Shown one piece after another: positions 10,901-25,290 of a stretch of DNA of 64,000 nucleotides (position 1 is the first letter of the stretch; the number at the start of each line of letters is the position of its first letter). The notes under the pieces are model-generated. The model was given only the letters and a program-made list of their open reading frames with translations. It made no database searches and was not told the origin of the DNA. The DNA is from Selaginella moellendorffii (taxonomy: Eukaryota; Plantae; Lycopodiophyta): the NCBI RefSeq assembly GCF_000143415.4, contig NW_003314293.1, forward strand, positions 1,322,431 to 1,386,430. Reading direction: 5' to 3'. The position numbers were made by a program, and so were the translations under genes.

Positions 10901-11840
10901 ATGCTAGCGGCTTTCAATCCTGCTGCGCAAGCAGCAGCTCAAGCTCCGCCACCGCCTCCGCCGCCGCCATCGCCGCCCACCCTCACCGCCACACTGCTCT
11001 ACAGCCGCGTGAGCAAGAACATCCTGTGCATGGAGGCCGGCAAGGAGCTCGTGGACCTGGTGGTGGGCTTCCTCACGCTGCCGCTGGGATGCGTCGTCAA
11101 GCTCCTCCAGGCGATCGAGATCCCGCCACCCGAGGGAGCGCCGCCGCCGCCGATCTCCAGCAAGCGCGAGGTGAAGCCGCTGGTGGGGATCACGAGCCTG
11201 TTCTCGTGCACCGAGAAGCTGGACGAATCGAGGATGTGCTCCAGCAAGAGCTTGCTGGTGGATCCTCGCCCAACCATGACCTTTGGAGACAAAGTGATCC
11301 GGATCCCCGGGACCGAGGGAGCGGCGATCTACTGCTGCGGCGCCCCGGCGGCGTGTGAGTTCATCACCAAGAAACCGGATCTAAAGTGTCCCAAGCACAA
11401 GAAGGTGATGGAGAACCCGTGCAAAGTCTTGGCGAGCGAGGAGGATGTGATCGCCGCCGCCGCTGCCGCCGCTGGGGGTGGCAAGAAGGAGGAAGCGGCT
11501 CCAAAGAAAGGGAAGAAAGGCGGGGCCCCGGCAGTGGAGGCTGCGCCGCCTCCCGGGTATATCAAAGCCGGATCGAGTTTCATGATCACCAACACGCTCG
11601 AGGTTTTCCCGAGCTCCACCATCCAATCCATCTTGCGACTGGGGACGCAAAAGGGCGAGAAGATGAGCGATCTGGAGAGCATGGAGATTCCAGTGTCGGG
11701 CGAGGAGGTAAGCTTTGATCTTTGGTTTCATGCTGATGATCGCTGGATCGATTTGTCACAGATTGTCCAGATGCTAAAATCGTCGCTTTCTTCCACCAAT
11801 GTGCTCAACGATGTGTTTGGCAAGCATTGCAAGAAACGTA
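10901..11840 (+). CDS. DUF674 family protein
   Basis: LLYSRVSKNILCMEAGKELVDLVVGFLTLPLGCVVKLL, GYIK..FMITNTLEVFPSSTI and LKSSLSSTNVLNDVF are DUF674 motifs. In-frame 54-nt intron 11708-11761. 3' end uncertain because of a second donor near 11838. Confidence 0.8.
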
Positions 11841-12335
11841 AGCGCGAGAAATCTCTCCACCACATTCTTGTTCTTGATGTTCTTCCTCTCGTTTCTTGTG
11901 ATCCCAGCGCTAGCTTCACCGATGATGCTTCTCCCGGCACCACCATCGGCCGGAGCTCTCCCCGCGTAGAGATCAAACGCAGGAAGAAAAGGAGAGAGTG
12001 ATTTAGAGCGTGGATTGGATGATCTTCCGGGAAGAACACAATGTTTGAGATTTATGGCCTAGTGAGGAAGAAAGGCGTTTTAAAAGCTTGCATGGACTGC
12101 CACGTAGCAAACCTCGCCATGGCCATGGGCATGAATGGGCATGGCCATGCATAGTGCCATTCAACGAGAGGGCGGGAAAAAAATCGCTAGGGGAGGCGTT
12201 GTTCCAATTACAATAAATTTGGTTTCCACAAAATAGCGAAGATGGTTCTTTAGGTTTTGTGGCGCTGCCCTAATTCGTCCGGTCTGGAGCTCGAGCGCGG
12301 CGCCGTGGCAAGGTAGAGCGATTTCTCTCGCAATC

Positions 12336-13844
12336 TTGTGGAATGTAGATTCGGAGCTCTCGGCCGGCAGCGCGAGCGATCGAAAATGCGGGGGGATTGG
12401 CGATGGAGCGGCGCCACCGAGTGACGGATTCTTCGCCGCCGGAGGGAGCCGCGGGCGCGATATGACCGGTGGGAGGGGTTTTCCAGGCAGTGGAGCTGTG
12501 GCATTTCACATCGAGCTGGGCGACGATCGGGAGGCCGTGGAGAGGAGGAGGATTGTGTACGATAGCTCCGGGAGGGACGATGATGGTTTCAATGGAATAG
12601 TTGGCAGGAGTGAGGTGAGCGTTTCTCACAGTGATGGGTCCGAGGACTACGTAGACGAAGAGCTCGACTTGGAAGCTGATGGAAGGGATGGTCTGGTGGA
12701 TGGAGATAGAACCCCGCAGATGCAAATTCCCAGCCAGGATAGCTTCCAGAGGATGACGAGCAGCGAGAGGGATAGGATCATGAAAACAGCGAGCCAGAAG
12801 TTTGGGATGTTTCCATTCTTTAACCCCGCGTCCTACAGCGAGAACGGTGCGAGGGAGAGGCCAGAGGGCGATGGAAACGGTGGTGAAGCGGGTGTTCCAG
12901 ACTCCGCTTACTTCAGTTCGATGGTTAACTCCGCGGCTGGACGTGTTCCTCCGGCGACTGATACTACCTCGGTTCGTCACTTCCTGTCGGATCCAGTATC
13001 GTAAGTTGTAGATGTTTCGCTATGCTTGCTAACTTGCGGGGTTTATCAGTGGCGCGCTCATGGAGGACGCTGTCATATTTCCCTGCGGACACTCGGTTGG
13101 AACCTCTGGCTTTCAACGAGTCCAAGAAACTGTATGTGACGAGAGATGGAATGCTCTTTGTAATGACCATGTTTTTCTTTCTCTTTTGTAGAACGCGTGT
13201 GTTGTTTGTATGATGCCGACTGCTCCTATGTCGGCTGCTCCTAACCATGGTATTGCTGCTCGGATTTTCTTCTAAACTCTCACTTTTTTTCTCTGGCAGC
13301 TCTAAGGCAAGCGGTACACGCCTACAAACGGGAGAGAGAGTTTCCTATAATCACTTGCTCGAAAACGCTGAAGAGGAAACGCGAACAGGTGTGGTGTGGA
13401 ACTTATTTCCTGAGACGTTCTTATCGTTTTGTTTACGTTGTTTTAGGAGGATAATGGGAAAGTCAAGGGCGTGCAATTTCCATACTCGGTCAGTGATCGC
13501 GTTCTTATCAAGGTAAGTGATTTCACAAACTTTAGAATCCCCGGCGATAAATTCTCCGCAATATCTCACAGGGTAACAAGCGAACTCCCGAGAGATTTGT
13601 TGGCCGCGAAGCGATTATTACCACTCAATGCTTGAATGGATGGTAAAACTCTCGCTTTGATCTGTTCTTTCGTCTCGTTTGACGATGTTCTTTCGCAGGT
13701 ACTTGGTGAGGACAATAGACAATGGCGAGAGCGTCAGGTTACAATACCGATCTCTCCAAAAAATAGGAGGTAGCAAATCGAAGTTTCGTTTTTTTAACTT
13801 TGGATCTTACGAGACATTCTTGTGGCATTCTTGTGGCAGACTAA
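12336..13844 (+). CDS. U-box domain protein PUB62/PUB63-like, multi-exon
   Basis: Spliced: FLSDPVSGALMEDAVIFPCGHS..CVVC..APNHALRQAV (U-box-like), then KGVQFPYSVSDRVLIKGNKRTPERFVGREAIITTQCLNGWYLVRTIDNGESVRLQYRSL, the conserved PUB62 C-terminus. Exact start and stop uncertain. Confidence 0.8.
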
Positions 13845-14153
13845 ACGAGCGAAGACAAAGGTTAAAAGGTGAATTCTTCCAGCCCAGATTTTACCAAAGT
13901 TTTGTAGAGAGCCTTTGAAAATCAAATTGACGTGTAGCATATTCTCCATCAAATCGACGTGTCAAAGGCGCGGGGCTGCCGTAGGATCACTGATCCGACG
14001 GCCGTGGGAGCTTTCGCGCGAAGGAAGTAGCTCTCCGCTCGCACCGCGCTAGGGCAATAATAATCTCGCGAGGCACATTTCAGGTATGGCGCTAGGGTTT
14101 TAGGCAATTCTCTTCTACAGAGGCGCTAGAGATTCTCGCCAGAGCCACGATTC

Positions 14154-15747
14154 ATGGCGTCTTTAGCTGAGAGGATAGCTTCCGCGTGCCTAGCAGGTGA
14201 TTGATCTTTGAAAAATTCGAGTGCGAGAGATCTGATCGGCCGATTGATGCAGTTCTTACGATTGCGCCGCTCGTCGTCAACGTAAATCCCAACGCTAACG
14301 TGATTCTTACCGCCTGTCTGACTGTTTTCATCGGTTGTCATCGATCCGTCAAGCCGGCTCCGCCCGTGGTAAGTGTTCTTGAGCTCCTTGCTTTTTCATA
14401 TGTGAAAAAACGTTCTTTGTCAGGAAACTCTTTCCAAGGGACATGCCATACGCTTCCCTTTCGTCGGCAGTGCCGTCCTATGCTCTTTGTTTCTTCTCTT
14501 CAAATTTATTCCCAAGGAGCTGATCAATGGGATACTCACGCTCTACTTCGTGGTTCTCGGAGTTCTTGCTCTAACGTAAGTAACTTGCGTGTGTTAACCC
14601 AAGGAAATTAACTCATTGTTCGTGTAGTGCTACCATCTGGCCAGATGTCAAAGATTTCATTCCAAAGGCCTGGGACGAGAAAGAGATTTCTTTACATCTT
14701 CCGTATTTCACCAGTAAGATCATCCCATTTTATCACTTTGTGCGATTTTTCTTACGATTCGCTGCAGATGTTGGTGTGGAGTTTACTCTTGCCCAGCTGT
14801 TTGTATCCATTCCGGGAATTTGCTTTTGTGCTTGGTATGCTCTACGAAAACACTGGCTGGCGAACAACACCCTCGGACTGGCATTCTCGATACAGGTGCT
14901 TTAGAGCTCTTCTTTTCTCAATTTACACTATGAACATACTTTCAGGGAATCGAGATGCTGTCTCTAGGCTCATTCAAGATCGGGGCGATTCTTCTGGTAC
15001 CGTGTTCACTTACAAAACAACACTTTGATCATTCGTTTTCTCTCTCTGTCTCGCCAGGCCGGGCTATTCGTATATGACATCTTCTGGGTATTCTTCACTC
15101 CTGTGATGGTCACCGTTGCGAAGTCCTTTGATGCTCCCATCAAGGTTTGCTCTCTCAGTGCAATGCATCCTTCTCTAATCCCTCCATGCAGCTAATCTTC
15201 CCGACTGGCTCTTCGAGCAAACCGTTCTCTATGCTGGGTCTCGGCGACATAGTAATCCCAGGTAAAGCCATCTTTTTCCTCTTCTTTGGTGACGGGGGAT
15301 TTCAACTCAGGAATTTTTGTTGCACTGGCTCTGCGATTCGATGTGTCTCGGGGCACTGGAAAGCGCTACTTCACCAGTGCGTTTATGGGCTATATAACTG
15401 GAATCGTGGCCACCATAATCGTCATGAACGTGTTTCAAGCTGCTCAGGTAGAAGTTCAAGCACTACTGTTTAAAAGCTTTTCTGACTTTCTCCTTGGTGT
15501 TCTATCCAGCCTGCATTGCTCTACATTGTACCGTGCGTGACGGGCTTCTTGGCCGTTCACTGCCTTGCGAAAGGGGAGATCAAACCGGTAAATCACACAT
15601 CTAGCTCTTGTTTTGCCTCGAAATCTTACATGGTTTTTTTCCTTGTGATTCTAGCTCCTTGAATTCGATGAGGCTGCCACAAAACGAGCTCTCGAAGAAG
15701 CAACGAGCTCGGAGGAAACCACTGAATCCACCAAAAAGGATGACTAA
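14154..15747 (+). CDS. SPP: Signal peptide peptidase (A22B intramembrane aspartyl protease), multi-exon
   Basis: YDIFWVFFTPVMVTVAKSFDAPIKL, SMLGLGDIVIPG and QPALLYIVP motifs across exons. C-terminal KKDD* (KKxx ER-retrieval motif). Confidence 0.93.
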
Positions 15748-16162
15748 CAACGGTAAATTTTTGTATCGCCAAGAACAACTCAAAACATTTAAAAAAAGTT
15801 TGGAAATTTTGGCATCCGACGCTTTCCAGATGGACGGTAGAGATTGAAAGGAATATACGAATATGCCGCCACGCGAAGGTAACGTCTCTTCAACATGGCG
15901 CGCGACCCGTGGTGCTTGGAAACGAGGGTTTCGTTCCAAGACTGGGGCCAGTAGTCCCGGCGATCGCCACTCGCCGGTCCGATCGCTCCATTCGTGATCT
16001 TTGCCCTAGATTTCGGCGCGGCCCACAGCGCAGTCTTGACAATGTGAGTTCTTGGCTGGATTCCGCAGCGAAATCCTCGCTAGTCCGTGTTCCAGGTGGG
16101 AGCTTCGCCGCCGGCTGTGGCGCATCAGCTAGGATCGGCTGGAGCTCCAGAAAGCCAGCGCA

Positions 16163-18248
16163 ATGAAGGTCGACGCGGGGCAAATCCGGATTATCATGCG
16201 GCCTTCTCGCCCCGAGATTGAAGGTAAAACTCGCGATTCTTCCCCTTTCGGTCTCGATCAATTGGAATTTTTCTTGCGGTCTTTGCAGCTGTGACTCCTT
16301 CCACTGTTAGTCGCAGCCCGACTAGCAGGAGCCCGAGGAGTCCCGCGAGCGTGGCAAAGAGTGGATTGGACTCCGAGCACAAGGCTAGCAATATCCATGT
16401 CTACGTTCGCGTTCGTCCTCTCGCGAAGGACGAGATAGCTTCCGGGGTAAAGTCCGCGGTGGAAGTGTCCAGGGACGAGACAACCATCCAGGTTGGTGAG
16501 TACATTATATGGCACTGGAAAATTCACTAAGATTTCGTTAAAGGGAGAATGAGACGAGTGGGACTCCTCCACTGTGCTAAATTGCTACGCTATGTCAGGT
16601 TGTGGATCGCCAGCAATCTTTCGGGTATACGGCCATGAAAACGTTCCAGGTGTGTGAAGAAGTTTTTCTTTTCTTTCTACCTTGCGGGATTCGCTAAGCT
16701 TGTGTGTGGGATTTTTGGCAGTTTGATGGCTGCTTTGGTCCCTCCATCACGCAAGAGAAGCTCATGGAGAAGTGTAATATGAGGAAGCTGCTAGACTCGG
16801 TGCTGGATGGTTACTCGTCGACTGTGATGGCTTATGGCCAAACTGGCTCGGGGAAGACTTACACAATGTGTGGTCGCCAAGAGGTAAGAGCTTTGAGCGA
16901 TGGAGTTGAGCTAACACTCAATGTGAATGTAGGGTAGCGTGAAGGAGAAGATAACAGAGGGTGGTGTTATTGCTCGTTCAGTGAGATATATTTTCGAAGC
17001 TATCAGAAGACGAACCGTATTGGATGATCAGAAAACGTACTCCTTGCGGGCCTCCTACTTTGAGATCTACAATGAGCAAGTATGTTTTTCTCATTTTGCT
17101 CGTTTCTCCCTTTTGTGACGAAATGAATTAAGAATGACAGGTCCATGATTTACTGCGGGAGGAGTGCTCTCCAAGGGAGGTCAGATGGAACCAGTCGGAC
17201 GGTTTTCACGTTGAAGGCCTCCTTGTTGTGGATTGCGAGACTGTTGAAGACGTGTTTGCTGTTGTGAACGAAGGGGCCAAGAACCGCAAGGTAGCTGAAA
17301 GAAGAATCTAGATCGTTCTAATGTTCTGGATTTTACAGGTTGGCTCTCACAATCAAAACAAGGATAGCAGCAGGAGTCATTGTATTATGACCCTGTACGT
17401 GGATTCCATATCTTCCATGGGAGATGGGCCAATTCTACTGAGACATGGCCGACTACTATTTGTTGATTTGGCCGGAAGTGAAAGGTTGAAGAAAACAAAA
17501 AGCTCCGGCGACATGCTGAAAGAGACGGGAAGCATAAACCGGTCGCTTTTTACGCTTGGCAAGGTAATCTTGACGCGTTTATCGAGCCATTCGAGTTAAT
17601 GCTCAATGTACAGGTTATCTCAGCTTTATCGGAGGGTAAGAAGGAAGAGATAGTACCATACAGGTCTGGATGTGTTTGTAATGTGAATTAGCTCGAGCTT
17701 ACGCATTTTGGCAATGCAGGGAGAGCATGTTGACGAAGCTTATAATGGAGAGTTTGGGAGGCAGCAGCCTGGGACTTATGATTGCTTGTGTTTCTCCGGC
17801 AACAACCGTTGTCGATCAAACGTTGAGCACCCTGCATTACGCCACTTGCGCGAAGCAGATTGTCAACATTCCATCTGTGAAGATGGACGAGAAAGACAGG
17901 GTACGTATGACATCCTTTCCGACAGGGAAACTTACTGACGTGTTTATGTTTCGCAGGTCATAACACAACTCCAGAAAGAAGTGTCTCGCCTGAAAGACGA
18001 AAACCAGTCGCTGAGGTCGAAGCTGGGGATCATGGGAACTGGACAAATCTGCGACATAGCGACGTTGTCAAACTGCGCTTCGAAAATGTGCATGCCATGC
18101 TCAAAGCCGGACGCGAGGCCGAACGACTACATCCCTTCCAAGGTACGTCCACTACTCTTTCCCTTTAGACTGCATCTATTGACTGGTAACCCAGGTGGAT
18201 GTGGGCTTGGAGAAACCAATCCCATGGCCTCATGGTGTTTCATCATGA
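16163..18248 (+). CDS. Kinesin motor protein, KIF12/kinesin-16-like, multi-exon
   Basis: NIHVYVRVRP, P-loop GQTGSGKT, ASYFEIYNEQV, SSRSH, FVDLAGSE, INRSLFTLG, VPYRES.LTKL..SLGG, then a short coiled coil. Stop at 18246-18248. Confidence 0.88.
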
Positions 18249-20011
18249 AACTAATGGGTGGGGAGATGCATTTCCTGCATCGGAGGGAGGGGGACTTTAC
18301 ATACTTTGGCTAGACGTTCCATCAGAGAGTCTTTCTTCCTGGTTCCTGGGTCTGTGGTGGTGCTGTGCATGTTGTGCATGCTTGCTTCTTTGTCTTTCTT
18401 ATTCATGTTGTGGCATTTCTCTGGCAAGACAAAGTTTCAGCTGAGCTACAGCCTGGATTGTCGACGAGCTAAGGCTAGTGGAACAGGGCAGGAAAGACGT
18501 GAGAATGTAGTAAACAGGGCCAGGAGAAGAGCAGGCAGGAGGATAGGCGTAGTAGATAGGGGGTAACGCTGAACCTTGTGAAAGAACCGCGCTGCTTGCT
18601 CTTTTAGCTTTTGCTTTTTGCCAACTCGTTTTGAATGGAACCATGGGTGCTGCGTGCAGGAGATCACAGGCGGAGAAAAGCTGCCTGAGGGACGCTTAAG
18701 TAGAAATGGCAGTCCGGATAAGCAGCCGGGCAGTGAGGATTGGTCCGTGGTAGAGTTTTTCACTCGGTACAGTAGGGAGAGTCTAAAGGGGACAGGGAAG
18801 GCAAAATGGTTACAGCAGGCAGCAAACAGGAGGCAGCGGATATGTGTGGATCACTTGACTCCGTCGATCAAAAACAAGGTGCTGTCGCGGACGAGCAGCC
18901 GGTGTGGTCCGTCCGAGCCGGATTTCCAAGGAAGTATCATTGTCAACCACGACGCGTTCTATCGGATGCTGGACTTGGATTTGTAGCGTGGGTGACGGGA
19001 CGGGCAGCACACAGGGGTGGAAGTGTTTGATGGTTTGTGGGATCGTCGGATCATCCGAAAGCCAGGGCCGCGCAGGCGAAAAAACTCCAGCTCAAAAACG
19101 CAGGAAGAGCTGTAAGTTGGAAGGTTGTGACTGCCTGGTTTTGCTTTGCATCGTTTGCCTTCTTTCTCTTTTTGTTACTTCTTCTTCACAGCGATGTTTC
19201 TACAGTGGCTAACGTCGTGTGTGATATTCTATCGATGCAGAGAGATTTGTGGTCGTGCTTCTGCTTTTGGTGGCCACGGCCTAGATGATATTTTTTGGGG
19301 GGGTCCATCCTCGTCGGTCGGGAATGTACATTCTAATCATCCTGTTTCGAAAGGAGACAGGAGCTTCAAATAGGACTCTACCCTCTCAGGTCGCGTGTTT
19401 TGCTCTAGCTTCGTAGAGTTCTTTCATTCTTTTCCATGGGAATGTCTCAGCTAGATTGGATTGATTAAACTGCCAGCAGTAGTAAAGCGTGTCGATCGAT
19501 CGACAAGTTTCACGCGAAAGACGATCGCGCGAAACTTACGAGACGAAAAGCCAACGCCAGCAAACTCCTTTTTAAAGGAGAAGAAGGCGCGAGATCCAAC
19601 GGCGGAGATTTCCAACGGCCGGGATCTCTTCTCGCCTCCATCTTGTTGCCAAATCGCCATCGCGGAAGCGACGTTGTGGCGACCGTTTCCAAATCCCGGG
19701 GCATATTCTCCGGCACCAACGCGTACGACACGATCGCTCTGCGATGTAGGTAGACGTGTTGCTGTTTCTTCCCGGAAAGCATAAAAACAGAGCATCCATC
19801 TCTTTTTCTTCTCTCCCTCTTGGCGCTCTTTGTCTCGTCTAGCCCCCAATTCTCCGCTTCTCCCGCTCGATTCTCTCAATCCAGGGCCGCAATTGCCCTC
19901 TCTCTGCCAGATTTGAAGTGGGCAGCGTCCAATTTCGCGTTTCCGCCGCGGATTGATCTGGGTTGGAGCTGGTGCTCTGTTTTTTGCCTTTGCTAGTGTT
20001 CTTGGGTGGCT

Positions 20012-20707
20012 ATGGCGGAGCTAAACAGGCCTCCCCAGCAGCAGAAGCTCAACGGCGCCTACTACGTCCCGAATGCCTACCCGGTCGGCGACAATCGCAA
20101 GCGGCCATCGGGGCGCAGGAGCCGGATTGGATTTTGCTGCCGCTGCCTGTGCTCCACGCTCCTGGCGATCATCTTCGCGCTGGGCATCGCGGCGCTCGTC
20201 ATCTGGCTCGTCCTCCGCCCCAAGGCGCCCAAGTACACGGTCCAGGACGTGAGGATCAACGCGCTCAATGTCACCTCCGGCTCTAGATCCGTGGACACGG
20301 ACATCGTGCTGGGCATCCGGGCCGAGAATCCAAACAAGCGCATCACGATCAAGTATGGCGGCATCCACACGCGGGTCTTCTTCCTGGGCACGCAGATTGG
20401 GGCGGGATCCATCGCTCCATTCACGCAGCCCAGGAGGAACGTGACGGTGGTGAGCGCGCCCATCCGTGGATCGGGCGTGCTGGTGTCGCAGCCCACCGCG
20501 TCCAGCCTGAGAGCGTCGGTCGATCGCAGCAGCATTCCACTGGTTGTGGACGTGAATGTGAGGGCCAAGATCAAGACCGGGAGCGCGAGCACGTTTTGGT
20601 TCCGCGTGAGAGTGAGGTGCGCGATCCGGGTGAGCTCGCCGGCGTCGCCGGGCGGGGCGAGGATGCTGAGCAAGAACTGCAAGAGGCGCGGTGGCAAATT
20701 CTGGTAG
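20012..20707 (+). CDS. NDR1/HIN1-like (LEA_2 domain) protein
   Basis: Cys-rich segment plus TM helix (LLAIIFALGIAALVIWLVLRPKAPKY); NPNKRITIKY, PFTQPRRNVT and VRVRC motifs. Single exon. Confidence 0.9.
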   Translation: MAELNRPPQQQKLNGAYYVPNAYPVGDNRKRPSGRRSRIGFCCRCLCSTLLAIIFALGIAALVIWLVLRPKAPKYTVQDVRINALNVTSGSRSVDTDIVLGIRAENPNKRITIKYGGIHTRVFFLGTQIGAGSIAPFTQPRRNVTVVSAPIRGSGVLVSQPTASSLRASVDRSSIPLVVDVNVRAKIKTGSASTFWFRVRVRCAIRVSSPASPGGARMLSKNCKRRGGKFW

Positions 20708-21258
20708 AAGAAGAATGGAAATCGCCCTCCTCGCTCGCTCGCGCGCTCGCTGGGAGACGAATTTTCATAGCTCCTGCGCTACATCCTTTCGTTTTTGGTC
20801 CCCTTCCTCTTCCCGCTCGCATTGTTTCTATAGATCGATCCAATTCCTTCCTCTCGATGGAAATTGGCCATGGATTTGAGCTTTGTTTGTGCTGCCAAGG
20901 ATCTAGTCCTTGCTTTCGAGTTTCATTTTTACAGTGGTGTGAATACTAAAGAGATCTATAAACATGCATCCTTCGTTCGTCCGCCATGGAAATTTGCTCG
21001 TCCTTGTGGCGCGATTCCTCATTTTTTACTGTGCGATTTACACCATGGAAATTGCTTTTTCGCCTCGTTTCTTGGGATCGTGTGGCGTGGAGCTACCTGT
21101 CAATCTCAGACACAGAGGGTGTGATCCAGCAGTGACAAGATGCTGACGCTTGACTGGGCAGTTTGACCGGGTCAACCCACTCGGTCAACCCAGCAAAGGA
21201 CTGGTTCCATCTTTAACATTTTCTCTCTTCCTTGATGATCTAATCCAGGAATTCTCTC

Positions 21259-22313
<1,055 letters not shown>

Positions 22314-22379
22314 TCAGAAAAGGATCGAACTGGAGACCTTCCGTAAAAGACAACAGCTATATGGAAACTAGATTTTATG

Positions 22380-23530
22380 AACTGACCAATATGAAAGAAA
22401 AGATAGTTTTAAACATTTGGTCTCCAGTTCTGAAGCCTTCAGTGTGTGGTACACCATGAAACCATCACCAAAATGCCTTTACAAGGCATTTGTAGCTATC
22501 CAAAAGTAAAATCAAAGCAAAGAAAGAGGTATGAACTAGAGACCTTCAATGACATGATGACCAACTACACCATGAAAACATCAGCAAATGCCTCTTCCAG
22601 GCATTTGTTATTGACATATAAAATCAAAGGAAAGAAAATGCTTTAACTTGTGGCTTCATCCGAAACCTTCAAGTGTATGAGACTGGTGTGATGACCAATT
22701 ACACCATGAAACAATCACCAAATGCATTGCCTTTCCTGGGCATTGCTATTGTCCCTAACGCACAAGTAAAATAAAAGAAAAGAAAAGCCTTTTAAATTGG
22801 CTTCATGCTAGAGACCTTCAACTGACCAACTACACCATAAAACCATCACCAAATGTTTTTCTTGGGTATTTACTTGTACAAGCAAAACGAAAGATATTAC
22901 ATGGCTTCGTCCAGGTTACAGACCTTCAATGTGTCGTAATGACCAACTTCACCAGATACCTGTTTTGGGCATCTGTATTTAACCCAACCCACAAGTAAAA
23001 TGAAAGTAAAGAAAGTGCTTCTGGCAATTGGCTTCATCCAGGTTTGAACTGGAGGTCTTCCATGAAACATTGAACCATCAACAAATAACTTTTATGGGCA
23101 TTTGCAGTTGTCATAATCCACAAGTAAAATCAAGCTTCATCTGGAGACCTTCACTGTGTCACTACACCATGAAACCATCAGCAAATGCCTTTCCTGTTGT
23201 TCTAAATCACAAGTAAAAATAAAAGGAAAAAAAACCCTTTAACATGTGGTTTCATCCATCAAAACATGCCTTGCCTTTCCTTGGCATTTGCTATTGTTCC
23301 TAATTCACAAGTAAAAACAAAGCGTTAACTTATAGCTTCATACTTTGAGGCTGTCAATATCAAAGACAAGACAGTGATAACCACACTATACCATCAACAA
23401 ATGCCTTCCTTGGGCATCACAAGTAAAAATGAAAGGGAAAAGAGTGGTCTCACATGTGGCTTTGAACTGGAAGCCTTCAGTGTGTTAGACTGACGTGATA
23501 ACCAACTACACCATGAAACCATTAACAAAA
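22380..23530. repeat. Degenerate tandem repeat of about 9-10 units of ~90-140 bp
   Basis: Recurring blocks gaccttcaa / tgaccaactacaccatgaaaccatc / ggcatttg / cacaagtaaaa(a)tnaaag near 22501, 22619, 22761, 22877, 22991, 23121, 23209, 23307 and 23418. Confidence 0.8.
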
Positions 23531-23552
23531 TCTTCATTATCTGAAAGGGAAT

Positions 23553-24624
<1,072 letters not shown>

Positions 24625-24764
24625 TGCAAATCGAAATACCAAACTTCTCTCTGTTTTTGTCCACAGTGATTTGTGCTGCCTCGTGTCCGCATGGAAGAAG
24701 GACACTTGAAAGCTCAAGATCTTTCTATTATAGTAGCTAATTACATGTGTTTTAAGGCTGCGAT

Positions 24765-25154
24765 TTACCATTCAAATTCCACAATTGGAACATACCAATA
24801 TTCCTTGGTAAAGTCCCAACCAGTGCTAAACAAAGCAAAGTCTAAGACATACCACTCGAGGGGATCATAATCATGGTTCTTTTTTTGGTCGTAAGCATTG
24901 AACGAGCTTGACTTGCCATTCAAGGAGACGTCGCACCAAAAGAGCGTGTTTCCGAACACTCGATCGCCGAATGGCCAGCCGAATGAAGCCTTGGGCTTGA
25001 TCTTCTGTGCCCCCAAATCGTTTTGCGCGGATCGGCAGTGGAGAAATAGATCAAACTTAGAGCGATTAAAGATCGTGACGGTGTTTTCTCCTGCTGCTGC
25101 TGCTATGAGAACAAGCAAGAGCGGAAGAACGCGAAAAGATTTCGGTGATAGCAT
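24765..25154 (-). CDS. S-protein homologue (SPH, plant self-incompatibility S1 family), secreted (copy 1)
   Basis: Signal peptide, then VTIFN..LFLHCRSAQNDLG..F.WPF....NTLFWC.....FNAY..W..; terminal W. Confidence 0.85.
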   Translation of the reverse strand: MLSPKSFRVLPLLLVLIAAAAGENTVTIFNRSKFDLFLHCRSAQNDLGAQKIKPKASFGWPFGDRVFGNTLFWCDVSLNGKSSSFNAYDQKKNHDYDPLEWYVLDFALFSTGWDFTKEYWYVPIVEFEW

Positions 25155-25290
25155 TGGAAGGTTCAGGGAGGACAATCATGATCATCTGATTTATACTAGT
25201 CCAAAAATCAAACCTTGGACCGCAAAACTATCTCATATGGTTTAAAGTTCTTTTTTCCATAGACACAAGAACCTTCAAGCTTTGATCGTC

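Noticed and set aside
12095-12160. ABRE-like (ACGTGGC on the minus strand) plus CATG/RY-rich cluster upstream of the U-box gene; ACGTG motifs at ~13928-13963 upstream of SPP
   Set aside because: Short motifs expected by chance; no conservation or expression evidence available.
18258-19373. Possible small gene downstream of the kinesin (TM-like stretch, 122-aa ORF 18618-18986)
   Set aside because: No clear ATG, no consistent splicing and no recognisable family; cannot be supported from the sequence alone.
22380-23530. CRISPR-like array or C/D-box snoRNA cluster (some units contain RTGATGA)
   Set aside because: The units are degenerate along their whole length rather than identical repeats with unique spacers, and the context is eukaryotic. 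C boxes occur in few units, with no consistent D box, terminal stem or rRNA guide.
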